Shown here piece by piece: positions 53,306 to 64,000 of a DNA stretch of 64,000 nt. A program made the translations under genes and the position numbers. Numbering within the stretch: the stretch's first letter is position 1; each line of letters begins with the position of its first letter. The stretch covers positions 17,086 to 81,085 of the forward strand of contig CAXMOZ010000089.1 of the NCBI GenBank assembly GCA_964195315.1. Direction: 5' to 3'. Under the pieces are notes generated by a model. The model saw only the letters and a list, made by a program, of their open reading frames with translations, ran no database searches and was not told the DNA's origin. The stretch is from an uncultured Acidimicrobiia bacterium. Lineage in GTDB: Bacteria > Pseudomonadota > Gammaproteobacteria > GCA-001735895.

Positions 53306-53345
53306 TGGTTGTAACTCAGTAAAAGACATTTAGGAAGGCAGGACG

Positions 53346-55448
53346 GTGGCTCGCACGACTCCGATTACCCAGTATCGTAATATTGGTATAATGGCCCATA
53401 TAGATGCGGGAAAAACGACCACTACAGAACGAATTTTGTTCTACACCGGAGTCTCTCATAAAATTGGTGAGGTGCACGATGGTGCTGCAGTGATGGATTG
53501 GATGGAGCAAGAGCAGGAGCGAGGCATAACTATTACCTCGGCTGCTACAACTTGTTTCTGGAAGGGCATGGATGATCAGTTTGAGCAGCATCGTATCAAT
53601 ATCATTGATACGCCTGGGCATGTCGATTTCACGATTGAAGTCGAGCGTTCGCTAAGGGTTTTGGATGGTGCTTGTGCTGTTTTTTGTGCAGTTGGTGGTG
53701 TAGAGCCACAATCTGAAACAGTTTGGCGACAAGCAAATAAATATGGAGTGCCGAGGATAGCATTCGTCAATAAGATGGATCGGCAGGGCGCAGATTTCGA
53801 GCGTGTAGTTTCTCAGATAAGAGATCGGCTCGGTAGTAATCCGATTCCCGTGCAAATCAATATTGGATCTGAAGAGCAGTTTAAGGGTGTTGTCGATCTA
53901 GTAAGGATGAGGGCTATTTTCTGGGATGAAACCAATATGGGTACAACCTATATTGAGCAAGAAGTACCAGAGACTTTGTTATCAGAGGCTTTGGAGTGGC
54001 GCGAAACAATGCTCGAAGCAGCTGCAGAAGCCAACGACGAATTGATGGAAAAGTACCTCGATGAAGGTGTTTTGACAGAAGACGAGGTCTACCAGGGTTT
54101 AAGGATTCGTACTCTAAGTGGTGAGATTGTGCCGACACTCTGCGGCAGTGCTTTTAAAAATAAGGGCGTGCAAGCTATGCTTGACGCCATTGTTAGATAT
54201 ATGCCATCGCCATTAGATGTCCCTGCTATCAGGGGTGTTGTTGGCGGTGAGGCGTCTGGCAAAGAAGAAGGTCGGACGGCTGATGACGAGCAGCCTTTCG
54301 CGGCGCTTGCATTTAAAATAGCGACTGACCCTTTCGTGGGTACTTTAACATTTTTTAGGGTTTATTCGGGTACATTGAAATCAGGTGATTCTGTTTTCAA
54401 TTCGATCCGAGGCAAGAAAGATCGTGTGGGTCGCATACTGCAAATGCATGCCAACTCACGAGAAGAAATTAAAGAAGTTTGTGCCGGCGATATTGCAGCG
54501 GCAGTCGGGCTTAGAGACGTAGGTACAGGTGACACCTTGTGCGACGTAAATAGTAAGATCATGTTAGAGCGGATGATATTTCCAGATCCAGTGATATCGG
54601 TTGCTGTAGAGCCTAAGACTCTTTCCGATCAGGATAAAATGGGAATAGCGCTAGGAAAGTTGGCAAAGGAAGACCCTTCGTTTCAGGTGCGTACAGATGA
54701 AGAGTCTGGTCAGACCATAATTTCAGGCATGGGTGAATTGCATCTTGACATTATAGTCGATCGCATGAAGCGAGAGTTTAATGTAGGCGCCAATATTGGT
54801 AAGCCTCAGGTTGCGTTCAGAGAGACTATACGTGACACGATACAGCAAGAAGGTAAATTTATACGCCAGAGTGGTGGTCGTGGTATGTACGGCCATGTTT
54901 GGTTGAAGCTAGAGCCGCTAGATGTTGGCACTGGTTATATATTCGAGAATTCGATTGTTGGTGGTGTTGTTCCGAGGGAGTACATATCAGCAATCGATAA
55001 GGGTATTCAAGAGCAGTTGGAAAACGGTGTTTTAGCTGGATTTCCGTTGGTTGATATTAAAGTGTCCTTGTACGACGGGTCTTATCATGATGTTGACTCA
55101 AATGAAATGGCGTTTAAGTTGGCTGGATCGCAAGCAATGCGAGAAGGAGCTTTGGCGGCTAAGCCGGTGTTACTAGAGCCGGTTATGGGTGTTGAGGTGG
55201 TAACGCCAGAAGATTACATGGGTGACGTAATGGGAGACTTGAATCGTCGTCGTGGAATTGTAGTGGGTATGGATGACTCACCAGCAGGAAAGATTATTCG
55301 TGCCTCAGTACCGTTGGCTCAGATGTTTGGTTACGCAACTGATTTGCGTTCCGCAACACAGGGTCGGGCTACTTACTCGATGGAGTTTGAGAAGTACGAT
55401 GAGGCGCCAAAAAGTGTTGCAGATGCAATCATTAATGGTGGTAACTAG
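53346..55448 (+). CDS. fusA: Elongation factor G, str-operon copy
   Basis: [27 protein letters not shown]; GTG start. Confidence 0.98.
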   Translation: MARTTPITQYRNIGIMAHIDAGKTTTTERILFYTGVSHKIGEVHDGAAVMDWMEQEQERGITITSAATTCFWKGMDDQFEQHRINIIDTPGHVDFTIEVERSLRVLDGACAVFCAVGGVEPQSETVWRQANKYGVPRIAFVNKMDRQGADFERVVSQIRDRLGSNPIPVQINIGSEEQFKGVVDLVRMRAIFWDETNMGTTYIEQEVPETLLSEALEWRETMLEAAAEANDELMEKYLDEGVLTEDEVYQGLRIRTLSGEIVPTLCGSAFKNKGVQAMLDAIVRYMPSPLDVPAIRGVVGGEASGKEEGRTADDEQPFAALAFKIATDPFVGTLTFFRVYSGTLKSGDSVFNSIRGKKDRVGRILQMHANSREEIKEVCAGDIAAAVGLRDVGTGDTLCDVNSKIMLERMIFPDPVISVAVEPKTLSDQDKMGIALGKLAKEDPSFQVRTDEESGQTIISGMGELHLDIIVDRMKREFNVGANIGKPQVAFRETIRDTIQQEGKFIRQSGGRGMYGHVWLKLEPLDVGTGYIFENSIVGGVVPREYISAIDKGIQEQLENGVLAGFPLVDIKVSLYDGSYHDVDSNEMAFKLAGSQAMREGALAAKPVLLEPVMGVEVVTPEDYMGDVMGDLNRRRGIVVGMDDSPAGKIIRASVPLAQMFGYATDLRSATQGRATYSMEFEKYDEAPKSVADAIINGGN

Positions 55449-55500
55449 GTTTATTATCGGTCGTAACTGACAAACTAATTTGTGATAGAGGATTAAGGTC

Positions 55501-56691
55501 GTGTCAAAAGCAAAATTTGAAAGAAACAAACCCCACGTCAACGTGGGAACGATTGGTCACGTCGATCATGGCAAGACTACGCTAACCGCAGCACTGACCA
55601 AGGTAATGGCAGAGCAGCAAGGCGGTGAAGTTAAGGCGTTCGCTGAAATCGATAATGCACCGGAAGAAAAGGCGCGTGGCATAACTATTTCTACTTCGCA
55701 TGTCGAGTATGAATCAGTTAATCGTCATTACGCACACGTAGATTGCCCAGGTCACGCCGATTATGTTAAGAACATGATTACTGGTGCGGCTCAAATGGAT
55801 GGCGCTATATTAGTCTGTTCAGCAGCAGACGGTCCAATGCCTCAGACGCGTGAGCACATTTTGCTATCTCGTCAGGTTGGTGTTCCTTACATTGTAGTTT
55901 TCATGAATAAAGCCGATATGGTTGATGATGAAGAGCTATTGGAGCTAGTTGAAATGGAAATTCGTGAATTACTAGACGCTTACGATTTCCCGGGCGACGA
56001 TACACCTGTTATTACAGGTTCTGCATTAAAAGCATTAGAGGGCGATACCAGTGAAATTGGTGTTCCATCCATTATGAGGTTAGTTGAGGCGCTGGATACT
56101 TACGTACCTGAGCCAGAACGAGCGATCGAAGGCGACTACCTGATGCCAGTAGAGGATGTATTCTCTATTTCAGGTCGAGGAACCGTAGTAACCGGTCGAA
56201 TTGAGCGTGGAATCGTCAAAGTTGGCGAAGAAATAGCTGTTGTCGGTATTACAGATACCATCAAGACCACTTGTACTGGTGTTGAGATGTTCCGTAAATT
56301 GCTTGACCAGGGTCAAGCTGGTGACAATGTTGGTATCTTATTACGAGGTACTAAACGTGAAGACGTTCAGCGCGGTCAAGTATTAGCGAAGCCAGGTTCA
56401 ATTACGCCACATACAAAGTTTGAATGTGAAGTGTATATTCTGTCGAAAGACGAAGGTGGTCGTCACACGCCATTCTTTAATGGCTATCGCCCACAGTTTT
56501 ACTTCCGTACGACTGACGTTACTGGTGCTTGTGAGTTACCAGAAGGTATTGAAATGGTCATGCCTGGCGACAACGTAAAGATGGAAGTTACCTTAATAGC
56601 ACCAATCGCAATGGACGATGGACTTCGCTTCGCAATTCGTGAAGGTGGTCGTACCGTTGGTGCGGGTGTTGTTGCTAAGATTCTTGCGTAA
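55501..56691 (+). CDS. tuf: Elongation factor Tu, copy 2
   Basis: Differs from copy 1 at two residues (A2S, PIITG vs PVITG); GTG start. Confidence 0.99.
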   Translation: MSKAKFERNKPHVNVGTIGHVDHGKTTLTAALTKVMAEQQGGEVKAFAEIDNAPEEKARGITISTSHVEYESVNRHYAHVDCPGHADYVKNMITGAAQMDGAILVCSAADGPMPQTREHILLSRQVGVPYIVVFMNKADMVDDEELLELVEMEIRELLDAYDFPGDDTPVITGSALKALEGDTSEIGVPSIMRLVEALDTYVPEPERAIEGDYLMPVEDVFSISGRGTVVTGRIERGIVKVGEEIAVVGITDTIKTTCTGVEMFRKLLDQGQAGDNVGILLRGTKREDVQRGQVLAKPGSITPHTKFECEVYILSKDEGGRHTPFFNGYRPQFYFRTTDVTGACELPEGIEMVMPGDNVKMEVTLIAPIAMDDGLRFAIREGGRTVGAGVVAKILA

Positions 56692-56735
56692 GACTCTTAA
56701 ACTAAGAAATTACCGAATAAACTGGAAATATAGAC

Positions 56736-57050
56736 ATGGCTACTAATCAAACGATACGTATTCGCCTTAAAGCTTTTGATCATCGATTAATCGACCGGTC
56801 AGCCGCAGAGATTGTTGAAACAGCAAAGCGTACCGGTGCTCGTGTAAAAGGACCTATTCCTTTGCCGACACGTAAAGAGCGCTTCACTATTTTGATATCT
56901 CCACACGTTAATAAGGATGCTCGTGATCAATATGAGATCCGTACTCACAAGCGCTTAATGGATATTGTAGATCCTACAGACAAGACTGTTGACGCGCTTA
57001 TGAAGCTCGATTTAGCAGCTGGTGTGGATGTGCAAATTAAGCTTAACTAA
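56736..57050 (+). CDS. rpsJ: 30S ribosomal protein S10
   Basis: [21 protein letters not shown]. Confidence 0.99.
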   Translation: MATNQTIRIRLKAFDHRLIDRSAAEIVETAKRTGARVKGPIPLPTRKERFTILISPHVNKDARDQYEIRTHKRLMDIVDPTDKTVDALMKLDLAAGVDVQIKLN

Positions 57051-57079
57051 TCAGATTTATTCTGTTATAGTGCGCGCCC

Positions 57080-57114
57080 TCGCGGCCCGAAGCAGATTTT
57101 GTTTCGGGCCGCGA
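57080..57114. other. Very stable GC-rich hairpin in the rpsJ-rplC spacer
   Basis: TCGCGGCCCGAAGC-agatttt-GTTTCGGGCCGCGA, 14 bp with one G-U. Confidence 0.7.
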
Positions 57115-57167
57115 CTTCGATAAAAGCTGAGTAAATCAGTAGTTTAGGTTTCAGATTGAGGTTAAAA

Positions 57168-57800
57168 ATGTCTCTCGGATTAGTAGGACGTAAAGTCGGA
57201 ATGACCCGGGTTTTCTCTGACGACGGTGTATCAACTCCAGTTACCGTTATAGAAGTAGAGCCCAACCGTGTTTCACAGATTAAAACTGTTGAGACTGATG
57301 GTTATACCGCTGTTCAGGTTATAACAGGTACGCGCCGTGCAAGTCGAGTGACAAAGCCTTTGGCTGGTCATTATCGTAAGGCGGGTGTAGAGCCAGGTCG
57401 CGGTTCTTGGGAATTTCGTGTTGATTCAGTTGACGGTGTTGAGTTGGGTTCGGAAATTCATGTTGATATTTTCGAGCAGGGTCAGATTGTTGACGTTGCC
57501 GGTGTTAGTAAGGGTAAGGGATTCCAGGGCGGCATCAAGCGTCATAATTTCACCATGCAGGACGCAACACATGGTAACTCGATTTCGCATCGTTCAAACG
57601 GTTCGATAGGTCAAAACCAAACACCTGGTCGAGTGTTTAAGGGTAAAAAGATGTCAGGACACATGGGTGCGGCTAATGTCACTACTCAAAATCTGCAGAT
57701 TGTAAGAATCGATGCAGAGCGTAATCTGGTGTTGATTCGTGGAGCGGTTCCTGGCGCTAAAAGTGGTGACGTGATCATCCTTCCTGCGACCAAGCAATAG
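57168..57800 (+). CDS. rplC: 50S ribosomal protein L3
   Basis: [22 protein letters not shown]; true start ATG 57168. Confidence 0.98.
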   Translation: MSLGLVGRKVGMTRVFSDDGVSTPVTVIEVEPNRVSQIKTVETDGYTAVQVITGTRRASRVTKPLAGHYRKAGVEPGRGSWEFRVDSVDGVELGSEIHVDIFEQGQIVDVAGVSKGKGFQGGIKRHNFTMQDATHGNSISHRSNGSIGQNQTPGRVFKGKKMSGHMGAANVTTQNLQIVRIDAERNLVLIRGAVPGAKSGDVIILPATKQ

Positions 57801-57841
57801 AAACCTTGCAATAAGTGCCATAAAGGTAGAGAAGAGACGAA

Positions 57842-58447
57842 ATGGACATAACCATTCATAATTCAAAGAAGAAAGTGTCTGTATCAGATGCAAACTTCGA
57901 CGTTAGTTTTAATGAGCCATTGGTTCATCAGTTGGTGGTGTCGTATATGAGCGCAGCTCGTGCCGGCACCGTAGCTCAGAAAAACCGCGCTGCAGTCAGT
58001 GGTGGTGGTGCTAAGCCTTGGCGTCAGAAAGGTACGGGTCGTGCTCGTGCCGGTACTATTAGAAGTCCTATTTGGCGTTCTGGTGGTGTTACTTTTGCAG
58101 CTAGTCCTCGTGATTATTCGAAGAAGTTGAACAAGAAGATGTATCGCGTTGGAATGCGGAGCTTGATTTCTGAGCTAATTCGTCAGCAGCGTTTAATTCT
58201 GATTGAAGAGTTGGGTGTTAGTGAAGCAAAGACAAAGGTTATGATCGCCAAGCTGAAAGAGCTGGGTGTTAGTAACGCACTAATCCTGACTGATGGTCTT
58301 GATTCTGCTGTTTATCTTGCGGCGCGAAATATTCCGCATATCCAAGTTATGGATATAGCGGTAGTTGATCCTTTGAGCCTGGTTCGTCAAGAGCATGTGG
58401 TTATTGATCAAGCTGCGTTGCAAAAACTTGAGGAGCGCTTGTCATGA
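57842..58447 (+). CDS. rplD: 50S ribosomal protein L4
   Basis: KPWRQKGTGRARAG. Confidence 0.99.
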   Translation: MDITIHNSKKKVSVSDANFDVSFNEPLVHQLVVSYMSAARAGTVAQKNRAAVSGGGAKPWRQKGTGRARAGTIRSPIWRSGGVTFAASPRDYSKKLNKKMYRVGMRSLISELIRQQRLILIEELGVSEAKTKVMIAKLKELGVSNALILTDGLDSAVYLAARNIPHIQVMDIAVVDPLSLVRQEHVVIDQAALQKLEERLS

Positions 58448-58743
58448 ATGAACAAAGAATTTTTCAGGTACTGTTAGCGCCGCATATTTCTGAAAAAGCG
58501 GCATTGCTTGGCGATGCTTCTAATCAGCATGTCTTTAAGGTTGCTACTGATGCAAAGAAAGGCGAGATCAAAACTGCTGTAGAGCAGTTGTTTAATGTCA
58601 AGGTTTCTGACGTTCGCACGCTTAACCAGAATGGTAAAGCGAAGCGTATGGGTCAGCGATTAGGGCAGCGCAACAACTGGAAAAAGGCATATGTTTCACT
58701 TGAACAAGGTCATGAAATCGACCTTGCATCCATAGGCGCTTAG
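58444..58743 (+). CDS. rplW: 50S ribosomal protein L23
   Basis: PHISEK, WKKAYV. Confidence 0.98.
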   Translation: MNEQRIFQVLLAPHISEKAALLGDASNQHVFKVATDAKKGEIKTAVEQLFNVKVSDVRTLNQNGKAKRMGQRLGQRNNWKKAYVSLEQGHEIDLASIGA

Positions 58744-58747
58744 AACC

Positions 58748-59575
58748 ATGGCACTGATTAAAGCAAAACCAACGTCACCAGGTCGCCGCTTTGTCGTTTC
58801 GGTTAAGACACCGGGACTTCATAAGGGTGGTCCATTTGCGGCGCTGGTAGAAAAGAAGTCAAAGACTGGTGGTCGTAACAACGCCGGCCGAATCACTACC
58901 CGTCATATTGGTGGTGGTCATAAACAGCGCTATCGCATTATTGATTTCAAACGCAATAAAGATGGTATTAGTGCGGTAGTCGAGCATCTTGAGTATGATC
59001 CAAATCGTACTGCTCACATCGCTCTATTGAAATATATGGACGGAGAGCGGCGTTATATAATCGCACCAAAAGGTATAGTCGTCGGCTCTGTTGTTCGCTC
59101 TGGTGATGATGCCGGTATTAAACCAGGTAATTGTTTGCCACTGCGTAATATACCAGTTGGTTCTATCGTTCATTGTGTAGAGATGAAGCCAAGTAAAGGC
59201 GCTCAAATTGCACGTTCTGCTGGTACATCTGCTCAGTATGTTGCCCGTGATGGTTCTTATGTCACATTGCGTCTTCGTTCTGGCGAAATGCGTAAGGTAT
59301 TGGCTGAATGTCGTGCGGTTATCGGCGAAGTCGGGAATGGCGAGCACAGCCTAAGATCATTAGGTAAGGCAGGCGCATCACGTTGGAGGGGCGTACGCCC
59401 TACCGTTCGTGGTGTTGCGATGAACCCGGTCGATCACCCGCATGGTGGTGGTGAAGGTCGTACATCGGGTGGTCGTCATCCAGTGTCTCCCTGGGGAACT
59501 CCAGCCAAAGGATTTAAAACACGTTCTAACAAGCGCACCGATAAGTTGATCGTGCGTAGACGGAATAAGAGGTAA
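58748..59575 (+). CDS. rplB: 50S ribosomal protein L2
   Basis: [23 protein letters not shown]. Confidence 0.99.
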   Translation: MALIKAKPTSPGRRFVVSVKTPGLHKGGPFAALVEKKSKTGGRNNAGRITTRHIGGGHKQRYRIIDFKRNKDGISAVVEHLEYDPNRTAHIALLKYMDGERRYIIAPKGIVVGSVVRSGDDAGIKPGNCLPLRNIPVGSIVHCVEMKPSKGAQIARSAGTSAQYVARDGSYVTLRLRSGEMRKVLAECRAVIGEVGNGEHSLRSLGKAGASRWRGVRPTVRGVAMNPVDHPHGGGEGRTSGGRHPVSPWGTPAKGFKTRSNKRTDKLIVRRRNKR

Positions 59576-59581
59576 TTATTC

Positions 59582-59857
59582 ATGCCACGTTCACTACGTA
59601 AAGGCCCGTTCATTGATCAGCATTTGTTTAAGAAAGTGCTGGATGCGGTTGCTAGTAAAAATAAACGTCCGATCAAGACTTGGTCTCGTCGGTCAATGGT
59701 CATACCCGAAATGGTTGGCTTAACTATCGCAGTTCACAATGGTCGACAGCATGTGCCTGTTTTGATCAATGAGAACATGGTAGGTCACAAGTTAGGTGAA
59801 TTCTCACTGACTCGCACCTATCGTGGTCATATTGTCGATAAGAAAGCGAAAAGGTAA
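59582..59857 (+). CDS. rpsS: 30S ribosomal protein S19
   Basis: KTWSRRS, GHKLGEF. Confidence 0.99.
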   Translation: MPRSLRKGPFIDQHLFKKVLDAVASKNKRPIKTWSRRSMVIPEMVGLTIAVHNGRQHVPVLINENMVGHKLGEFSLTRTYRGHIVDKKAKR

Positions 59858-59862
59858 GAGTT

Positions 59863-60195
59863 ATGCAAACTAGTGCAAAGCACCGCCACGCTAAAATATC
59901 GGCACAAAAGTGTCGTTTGGTGGCAGATCAGATTAGAGGCTTAGCTGTTGATAAGGCGCTAACTACTCTTAAGTTCAGTAATAAAAAGGCAGCAGAATTA
60001 ATTCGTACGGTGCTCGAGTCGGCCATAGCGAATGCTGAGCACAACGATGGTGCTGATATTGATGAGCTGAAAGTAGCTTCAATATTTGTAGATCAAGGTC
60101 CTAGTGCAAAGCGTATGAGAGCGCGAGCAAAAGGTCGTGGTAACCGTATTTTGAAACGTACTAGTCACATTACTGTGACTGTCGCAGATAGTTAA
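59863..60195 (+). CDS. rplV: 50S ribosomal protein L22
   Basis: [14 protein letters not shown]. Confidence 0.99.
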   Translation: MQTSAKHRHAKISAQKCRLVADQIRGLAVDKALTTLKFSNKKAAELIRTVLESAIANAEHNDGADIDELKVASIFVDQGPSAKRMRARAKGRGNRILKRTSHITVTVADS

Positions 60196-60206
60196 TAGAG
60201 GCACTG

Positions 60207-60893
60207 ATGGGACAAAAAGTTCATCCAACGGGTTTTCGTCTCGGTATTTCTACCGACTGGACATCTAAGTGGTACGCAGACTCTGCGAAATTTGCAGACT
60301 TCCTTGAGGAAGATCTAAAGATTCGTCAATTTCTACGTAAAAAATTGGCTCAGGCTTCTGTTAGTAGAATCCAGATCTCTCGCCCGGCCAAATCTGTATC
60401 GGTAACGATTCATTCTGGTCGACCAGGAATCATCATTGGTAAGAAGGGTGAAGATATTGAGAAGCTTCGTGTTGAAGTAGCCTCTATCGTTGAAGCACAC
60501 CTTAATAACGTGAAGATCAATATAGAAGAGATTCGTAAGCCAGAATTAGATGCTCAATTAGTTGCTGAAGGCGTTGCCTCGCAGTTAGAGCGTCGAGTAA
60601 TGTTTCGCCGTGCGATGCGACGCTCTGTCACCAATGCCATGCGCATCGGTGCAGAAGGAATTAAGATTAATGTCTCTGGCCGTTTAAACGGCGCAGAAAT
60701 AGCAAGAAACGAATGGTATCGAGAAGGTCGTGTACCGCTTCATACTTTACGTGCTGATGTTGATTATGGTTTCGCTGAAGCGCTAACTACTTATGGCATT
60801 TTGGGTGTGAAGGTTTGGATTTACAAAGGTGAAGTTTTTGACCTAGAGACTAAAGACAAAGACTCGGGCAAAGGCCGGAAATCAGGTAAGTAG
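60207..60893 (+). CDS. rpsC: 30S ribosomal protein S3
   Basis: [23 protein letters not shown]. Confidence 0.99.
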   Translation: MGQKVHPTGFRLGISTDWTSKWYADSAKFADFLEEDLKIRQFLRKKLAQASVSRIQISRPAKSVSVTIHSGRPGIIIGKKGEDIEKLRVEVASIVEAHLNNVKINIEEIRKPELDAQLVAEGVASQLERRVMFRRAMRRSVTNAMRIGAEGIKINVSGRLNGAEIARNEWYREGRVPLHTLRADVDYGFAEALTTYGILGVKVWIYKGEVFDLETKDKDSGKGRKSGK

Positions 60894-60903
60894 AGATTAA
60901 GTT

Positions 60904-61317
60904 ATGTTACAGCCTAAAAGAACAAAATTTAGAAAGCAGTTTAAAGGTCGTAACCGTGGCCTAGCTTCAACTGGTAGTAAAGTCAGTTTTGGAGAATTTG
61001 GTCTTAAAGCGATCGAGCGCGGAATGATTACTGCCCGTCAAATCGAAGCCGCTCGTCGTGCTATGACTCGTCATATCAAGCGAGGTGGTAAAATTTGGAT
61101 CCGTGTTTTCCCAGACGTTCCGGTATCAAAGAAGCCGCTTGAAGTTCGTATGGGTAAGGGTAAGGGTAACGTCGAATACTGGGTTTGTAAGATTCAACCT
61201 GGTCGCGTTTTATATGAAATGGAAGGTGTTACTGAAGTGATTGCTCGTGAAGCTTTCAAGCTTGCTTCTGCAAAACTGCCATTTAAGACAACATTTGTTT
61301 CCAGGCAGGTTATGTAA
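60904..61317 (+). CDS. rplP: 50S ribosomal protein L16
   Basis: [18 protein letters not shown]. Confidence 0.99.
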   Translation: MLQPKRTKFRKQFKGRNRGLASTGSKVSFGEFGLKAIERGMITARQIEAARRAMTRHIKRGGKIWIRVFPDVPVSKKPLEVRMGKGKGNVEYWVCKIQPGRVLYEMEGVTEVIAREAFKLASAKLPFKTTFVSRQVM

Positions 61318-61520
61318 TGAAAGCATCTGAGTTACGTTCAAAAACGGAAAAAGAGCTCCGTGACGAATTGACTGCATTGTTTCGTGAGCAATTCAACTTG
61401 CGCATGCAGCGAGGCGTTAACCCTGAAGGGGTTCGTCCTAATCAGTTTAAGGAAGTTCGCCGAAATATCGCGCGAGTTAAGACAGTAATGAGCGCCAATC
61501 GTAAGGGTGAGCAATCATGA
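61317..61520 (+). CDS. rpmC: 50S ribosomal protein L29
   Basis: [17 protein letters not shown]. Confidence 0.97.
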   Translation: MKASELRSKTEKELRDELTALFREQFNLRMQRGVNPEGVRPNQFKEVRRNIARVKTVMSANRKGEQS

Positions 61521-61807
61521 GCGAAGTAATCGTGGATGATACCAAGGTGAATGAAACTAAAGTTTTAAGAATCCAGATGGGTTTGATTGTAAGCGACAAA
61601 ATGGACAAGTCAGCGACCGTTTTGATTGAGCGCAAGGTGAAGCATCCCATTTACGGTAAGTTCATGAGAAAGTCTACCAAATTGCATATCCACGATGAGA
61701 ATAATGATTGTGGTATAGGCGATACGGTTCAAATTTCGGAATGTCGCCCAATGTCTAAGACTAAGTCTTGGACATTGGTGAAAGTTGTTAGTAAAGCAGC
61801 CAAATAG
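61517..61807 (+). CDS. rpsQ: 30S ribosomal protein S17
   Basis: [22 protein letters not shown]. Confidence 0.97.
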   Translation: MSEVIVDDTKVNETKVLRIQMGLIVSDKMDKSATVLIERKVKHPIYGKFMRKSTKLHIHDENNDCGIGDTVQISECRPMSKTKSWTLVKVVSKAAK

Positions 61808-61827
61808 TCACGAGGCAGGAATAAGTC

Positions 61828-62196
61828 ATGATACAGATGCAAACAGTTTTGAGTGCGGCAGACAATAGTGGTGCTCGTAGAATGCAGTGCATTAAGGTTT
61901 TGGGTGGTTCTCATCGTCGTTATGCGGCAATCGGAGATATCATCAAGGTAAGTATCAAAGATGCCATACCTCGTGGAAAGGTAAAGAAAGGTGAAGTTTA
62001 CAACGCAGTTGTTGTAAGGACGGCTAACGGCGTTCGTCGTCCTGATGGATCTTTAATTCGTTTCGATGGTAATGCAGCGGTTATTTTAAATAATAACTTA
62101 CAGCCAATCGGTACGCGCATTTTTGGCCCAGTAACACGTGAACTTCGTGGAGAGAAATTTATGAAAATTATCTCCTTAGCGCCTGAAGTGCTGTAG
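61828..62196 (+). CDS. rplN: 50S ribosomal protein L14
   Basis: [15 protein letters not shown]. Confidence 0.99.
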   Translation: MIQMQTVLSAADNSGARRMQCIKVLGGSHRRYAAIGDIIKVSIKDAIPRGKVKKGEVYNAVVVRTANGVRRPDGSLIRFDGNAAVILNNNLQPIGTRIFGPVTRELRGEKFMKIISLAPEVL

Positions 62197-62238
62197 CACT
62201 GAGTTATTGGATAGAAAGAACCAGACCTGAGAATTAAA

Positions 62239-62559
62239 GTGATGCAAAATATTAAGAAAGGTGACGAAGTCATCGTTATCGCTGGTCGCAGTAAGGGCAA
62301 GCGTGGCAACGTATTAAAGAGACTCGACGAGAACCGTCTGTTAGTGGAAAATGTCAACATGGTTAAAAAGCATGTTAAAGGCAACCCGCGTTCAGGTGAG
62401 GCTGGTGGTATTGTTGAGCAAGAAGCGCCAATTCAGCAATCTAACGTTATGCTGTTTAACCCAGTTACTCAAAAGGGTGACCGAGTCGGTATTAAGACGT
62501 TGGAAGACAATCGTAAAGTTCGCTATTTTAAGTCGAACGGCGAAGTGATCGACAGCTAG
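62239..62559 (+). CDS. rplX: 50S ribosomal protein L24
   Basis: [15 protein letters not shown] motif; start may be ATG 62242. Confidence 0.97.
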   Translation: MMQNIKKGDEVIVIAGRSKGKRGNVLKRLDENRLLVENVNMVKKHVKGNPRSGEAGGIVEQEAPIQQSNVMLFNPVTQKGDRVGIKTLEDNRKVRYFKSNGEVIDS

Positions 62560-62569
62560 GATATTAGAG

Positions 62570-63109
62570 ATGACTAGATTAGAACAATATTATCGCGATA
62601 CTGTAACTAAGAGCTTGCAGGAACAGTTTTCATACAGTTCTTCGATGCAGATTCCGCGTATTAGTAAGATTAGTATTAACATGGGTGTAGGCGAAGGCTC
62701 TCAGGATAAGAAAGTTGTCGATTATGCCGTTAACGATTTAACCTTAATTGCTGGCCAAAAGCCTGTTATTACAATTGCTAAGAAAGCTATTGCTGGTTTC
62801 AAATTACGTGAAGGCATGCCGATTGGTTGTAAAGTAACTTTACGCCGTGACAACATGTGGGAATTCATGGATAGGTTGGTTAACTTTGCTATTCCGCGGA
62901 TCCGTGACTTTCGCGGCCTGAGTGCAAAATCTTTTGATGGGCGTGGTAACTATAACCTTGGTATTACCGAGCAAATAGCTTTCCCAGAAATTGATTATGA
63001 CAAGATTGACAAATTACGTGGCATGAACATTTGTTTCACGACCACGGCGAAGACTAACGAAGAAGGCCAGGCTCTACTTGCTGCTTTCCAGTTTCCTTTC
63101 AAGAAATAA
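62570..63109 (+). CDS. rplE: 50S ribosomal protein L5
   Basis: [18 protein letters not shown]. Confidence 0.99.
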   Translation: MTRLEQYYRDTVTKSLQEQFSYSSSMQIPRISKISINMGVGEGSQDKKVVDYAVNDLTLIAGQKPVITIAKKAIAGFKLREGMPIGCKVTLRRDNMWEFMDRLVNFAIPRIRDFRGLSAKSFDGRGNYNLGITEQIAFPEIDYDKIDKLRGMNICFTTTAKTNEEGQALLAAFQFPFKK

Positions 63110-63134
63110 TCGAGTTATAGGTAGATTTTAAAAA

Positions 63135-63440
63135 ATGGCTAAGAATTCCATGATTCAACGTGAATTGAAGCGTACCAAGTTGGTTGCTCGATTCGCTGAT
63201 AAGAGAAAAGCTCTTAAAGATATTATTAAGAGCACCACAGTTAGCTTTGAAGAAAAGATGGCGGCCTCTGATCAGTTGGCAAGATTACCTAGAGATTCGT
63301 CACCTGTTCGACAGCAAAATCGTTGTCGTATTACTGGTAGACCTCATGGTGTGTACCGTAAATTTGGACTATGCCGTAATAAGATCCGCGAAGCAGCTAT
63401 GCGCGGTGATATTCCTGGTCTAGTTATGGCTAGCTGGTAA
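63135..63440 (+). CDS. rpsN: 30S ribosomal protein S14 (101-aa type lacking the CxxC Zn motif)
   Basis: [21 protein letters not shown]. Confidence 0.98.
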   Translation: MAKNSMIQRELKRTKLVARFADKRKALKDIIKSTTVSFEEKMAASDQLARLPRDSSPVRQQNRCRITGRPHGVYRKFGLCRNKIREAAMRGDIPGLVMASW

Positions 63441-63451
63441 GAGAGAATATA

Positions 63452-63844
63452 ATGAGCTTACAAGATCCTATTTCAGATATGTTGACTCGCGTACGTAATG
63501 CCCAAAAGGCGCGTAAAGTTAACGTGAAGATGCCGTCGTCAAAGCAAAAGGTTGGTATTGCAACTGTGCTTCAAGAAGAAGGCTTTATTGGTTTATTCTC
63601 AGTATCAGACGATATTAAGAAGACCCTCACGATTGAGTTAAAGTATTATCAAGGTCAACCAGTTATCGAGACTATCAAGCGAATAAGCCGCCCAGGTCTG
63701 CGAATTTTTAAATCGAAAGACGAACTACCCACAGTGAATGCTGGGCTCGGTATATCGATCATCTCAACCTCACACGGTTTGATGACTGATAAGAAAGCCA
63801 GAGCAGCAGGACACGGTGGCGAAGTCATCTGTTCAGTCGTTTAG
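63452..63844 (+). CDS. rpsH: 30S ribosomal protein S8
   Basis: [24 protein letters not shown]. Confidence 0.99.
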   Translation: MSLQDPISDMLTRVRNAQKARKVNVKMPSSKQKVGIATVLQEEGFIGLFSVSDDIKKTLTIELKYYQGQPVIETIKRISRPGLRIFKSKDELPTVNAGLGISIISTSHGLMTDKKARAAGHGGEVICSVV

Positions 63845-63854
63845 GTTAATTAGA

Positions 63855-64000
63855 ATGTCTAGAATCGCAAAACAGCCAATCAACATTCCTAGTGGAGTTG
63901 AGCTGAGTATTACAGGTCGCGAGCTTGCTGCCAAGGGTCCTAAAGGGTCATTGACATTCACGCTTCATGCCAATGTTGATGTGTCGCATGAAGACAATGT
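63855..64000 (+). CDS. rplF: 50S ribosomal protein L6, partial (runs off window)
   Basis: MSRIAKQPINIP...KGPKGSL follows rpsH. Confidence 0.95.
   Translation, partial: MSRIAKQPINIPSGVELSITGRELAAKGPKGSLTFTLHANVDVSHEDN

Overview
Chromosomal window from a gammaproteobacterium (inferred from ribosomal protein, RNA polymerase and EF-Tu sequences) with two halves. About 1-35 kb is a metabolic/accessory region. It holds a TauD-MFS-CphA/Mur-ligase-like operon and a CoA-transferase-GNAT fusion plus deacetylase behind a textbook FNR-type promoter. It also holds an Lrp-associated cluster built on a glutamine-synthetase-fold enzyme with a remodelled active site (with Rieske oxygenase, MetX-fold hydrolase, cupin, SnoaL, glyoxalase). 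Further on are a glutamate-synthase-like FMN protein / OgdA-like ThDP enzyme / aldehyde dehydrogenase run, several decayed genes, a divergent lexA-imuA-imuB-dnaE2 mutagenesis cassette with a frameshifted imuB, REP-like repeats and acyl-CoA genes. About 35-64 kb is the core translation/transcription supercluster: a stand-alone second EF-G, tRNA-Tyr/Gly/Thr-tuf-tRNA-Trp-secE-nusG-rplKAJL-rpoBC, then the str, S10 and start of the spc operons. No CRISPR array, rRNA, integrase or transposase was seen. All family assignments come from motif recognition by eye; no database search was run.
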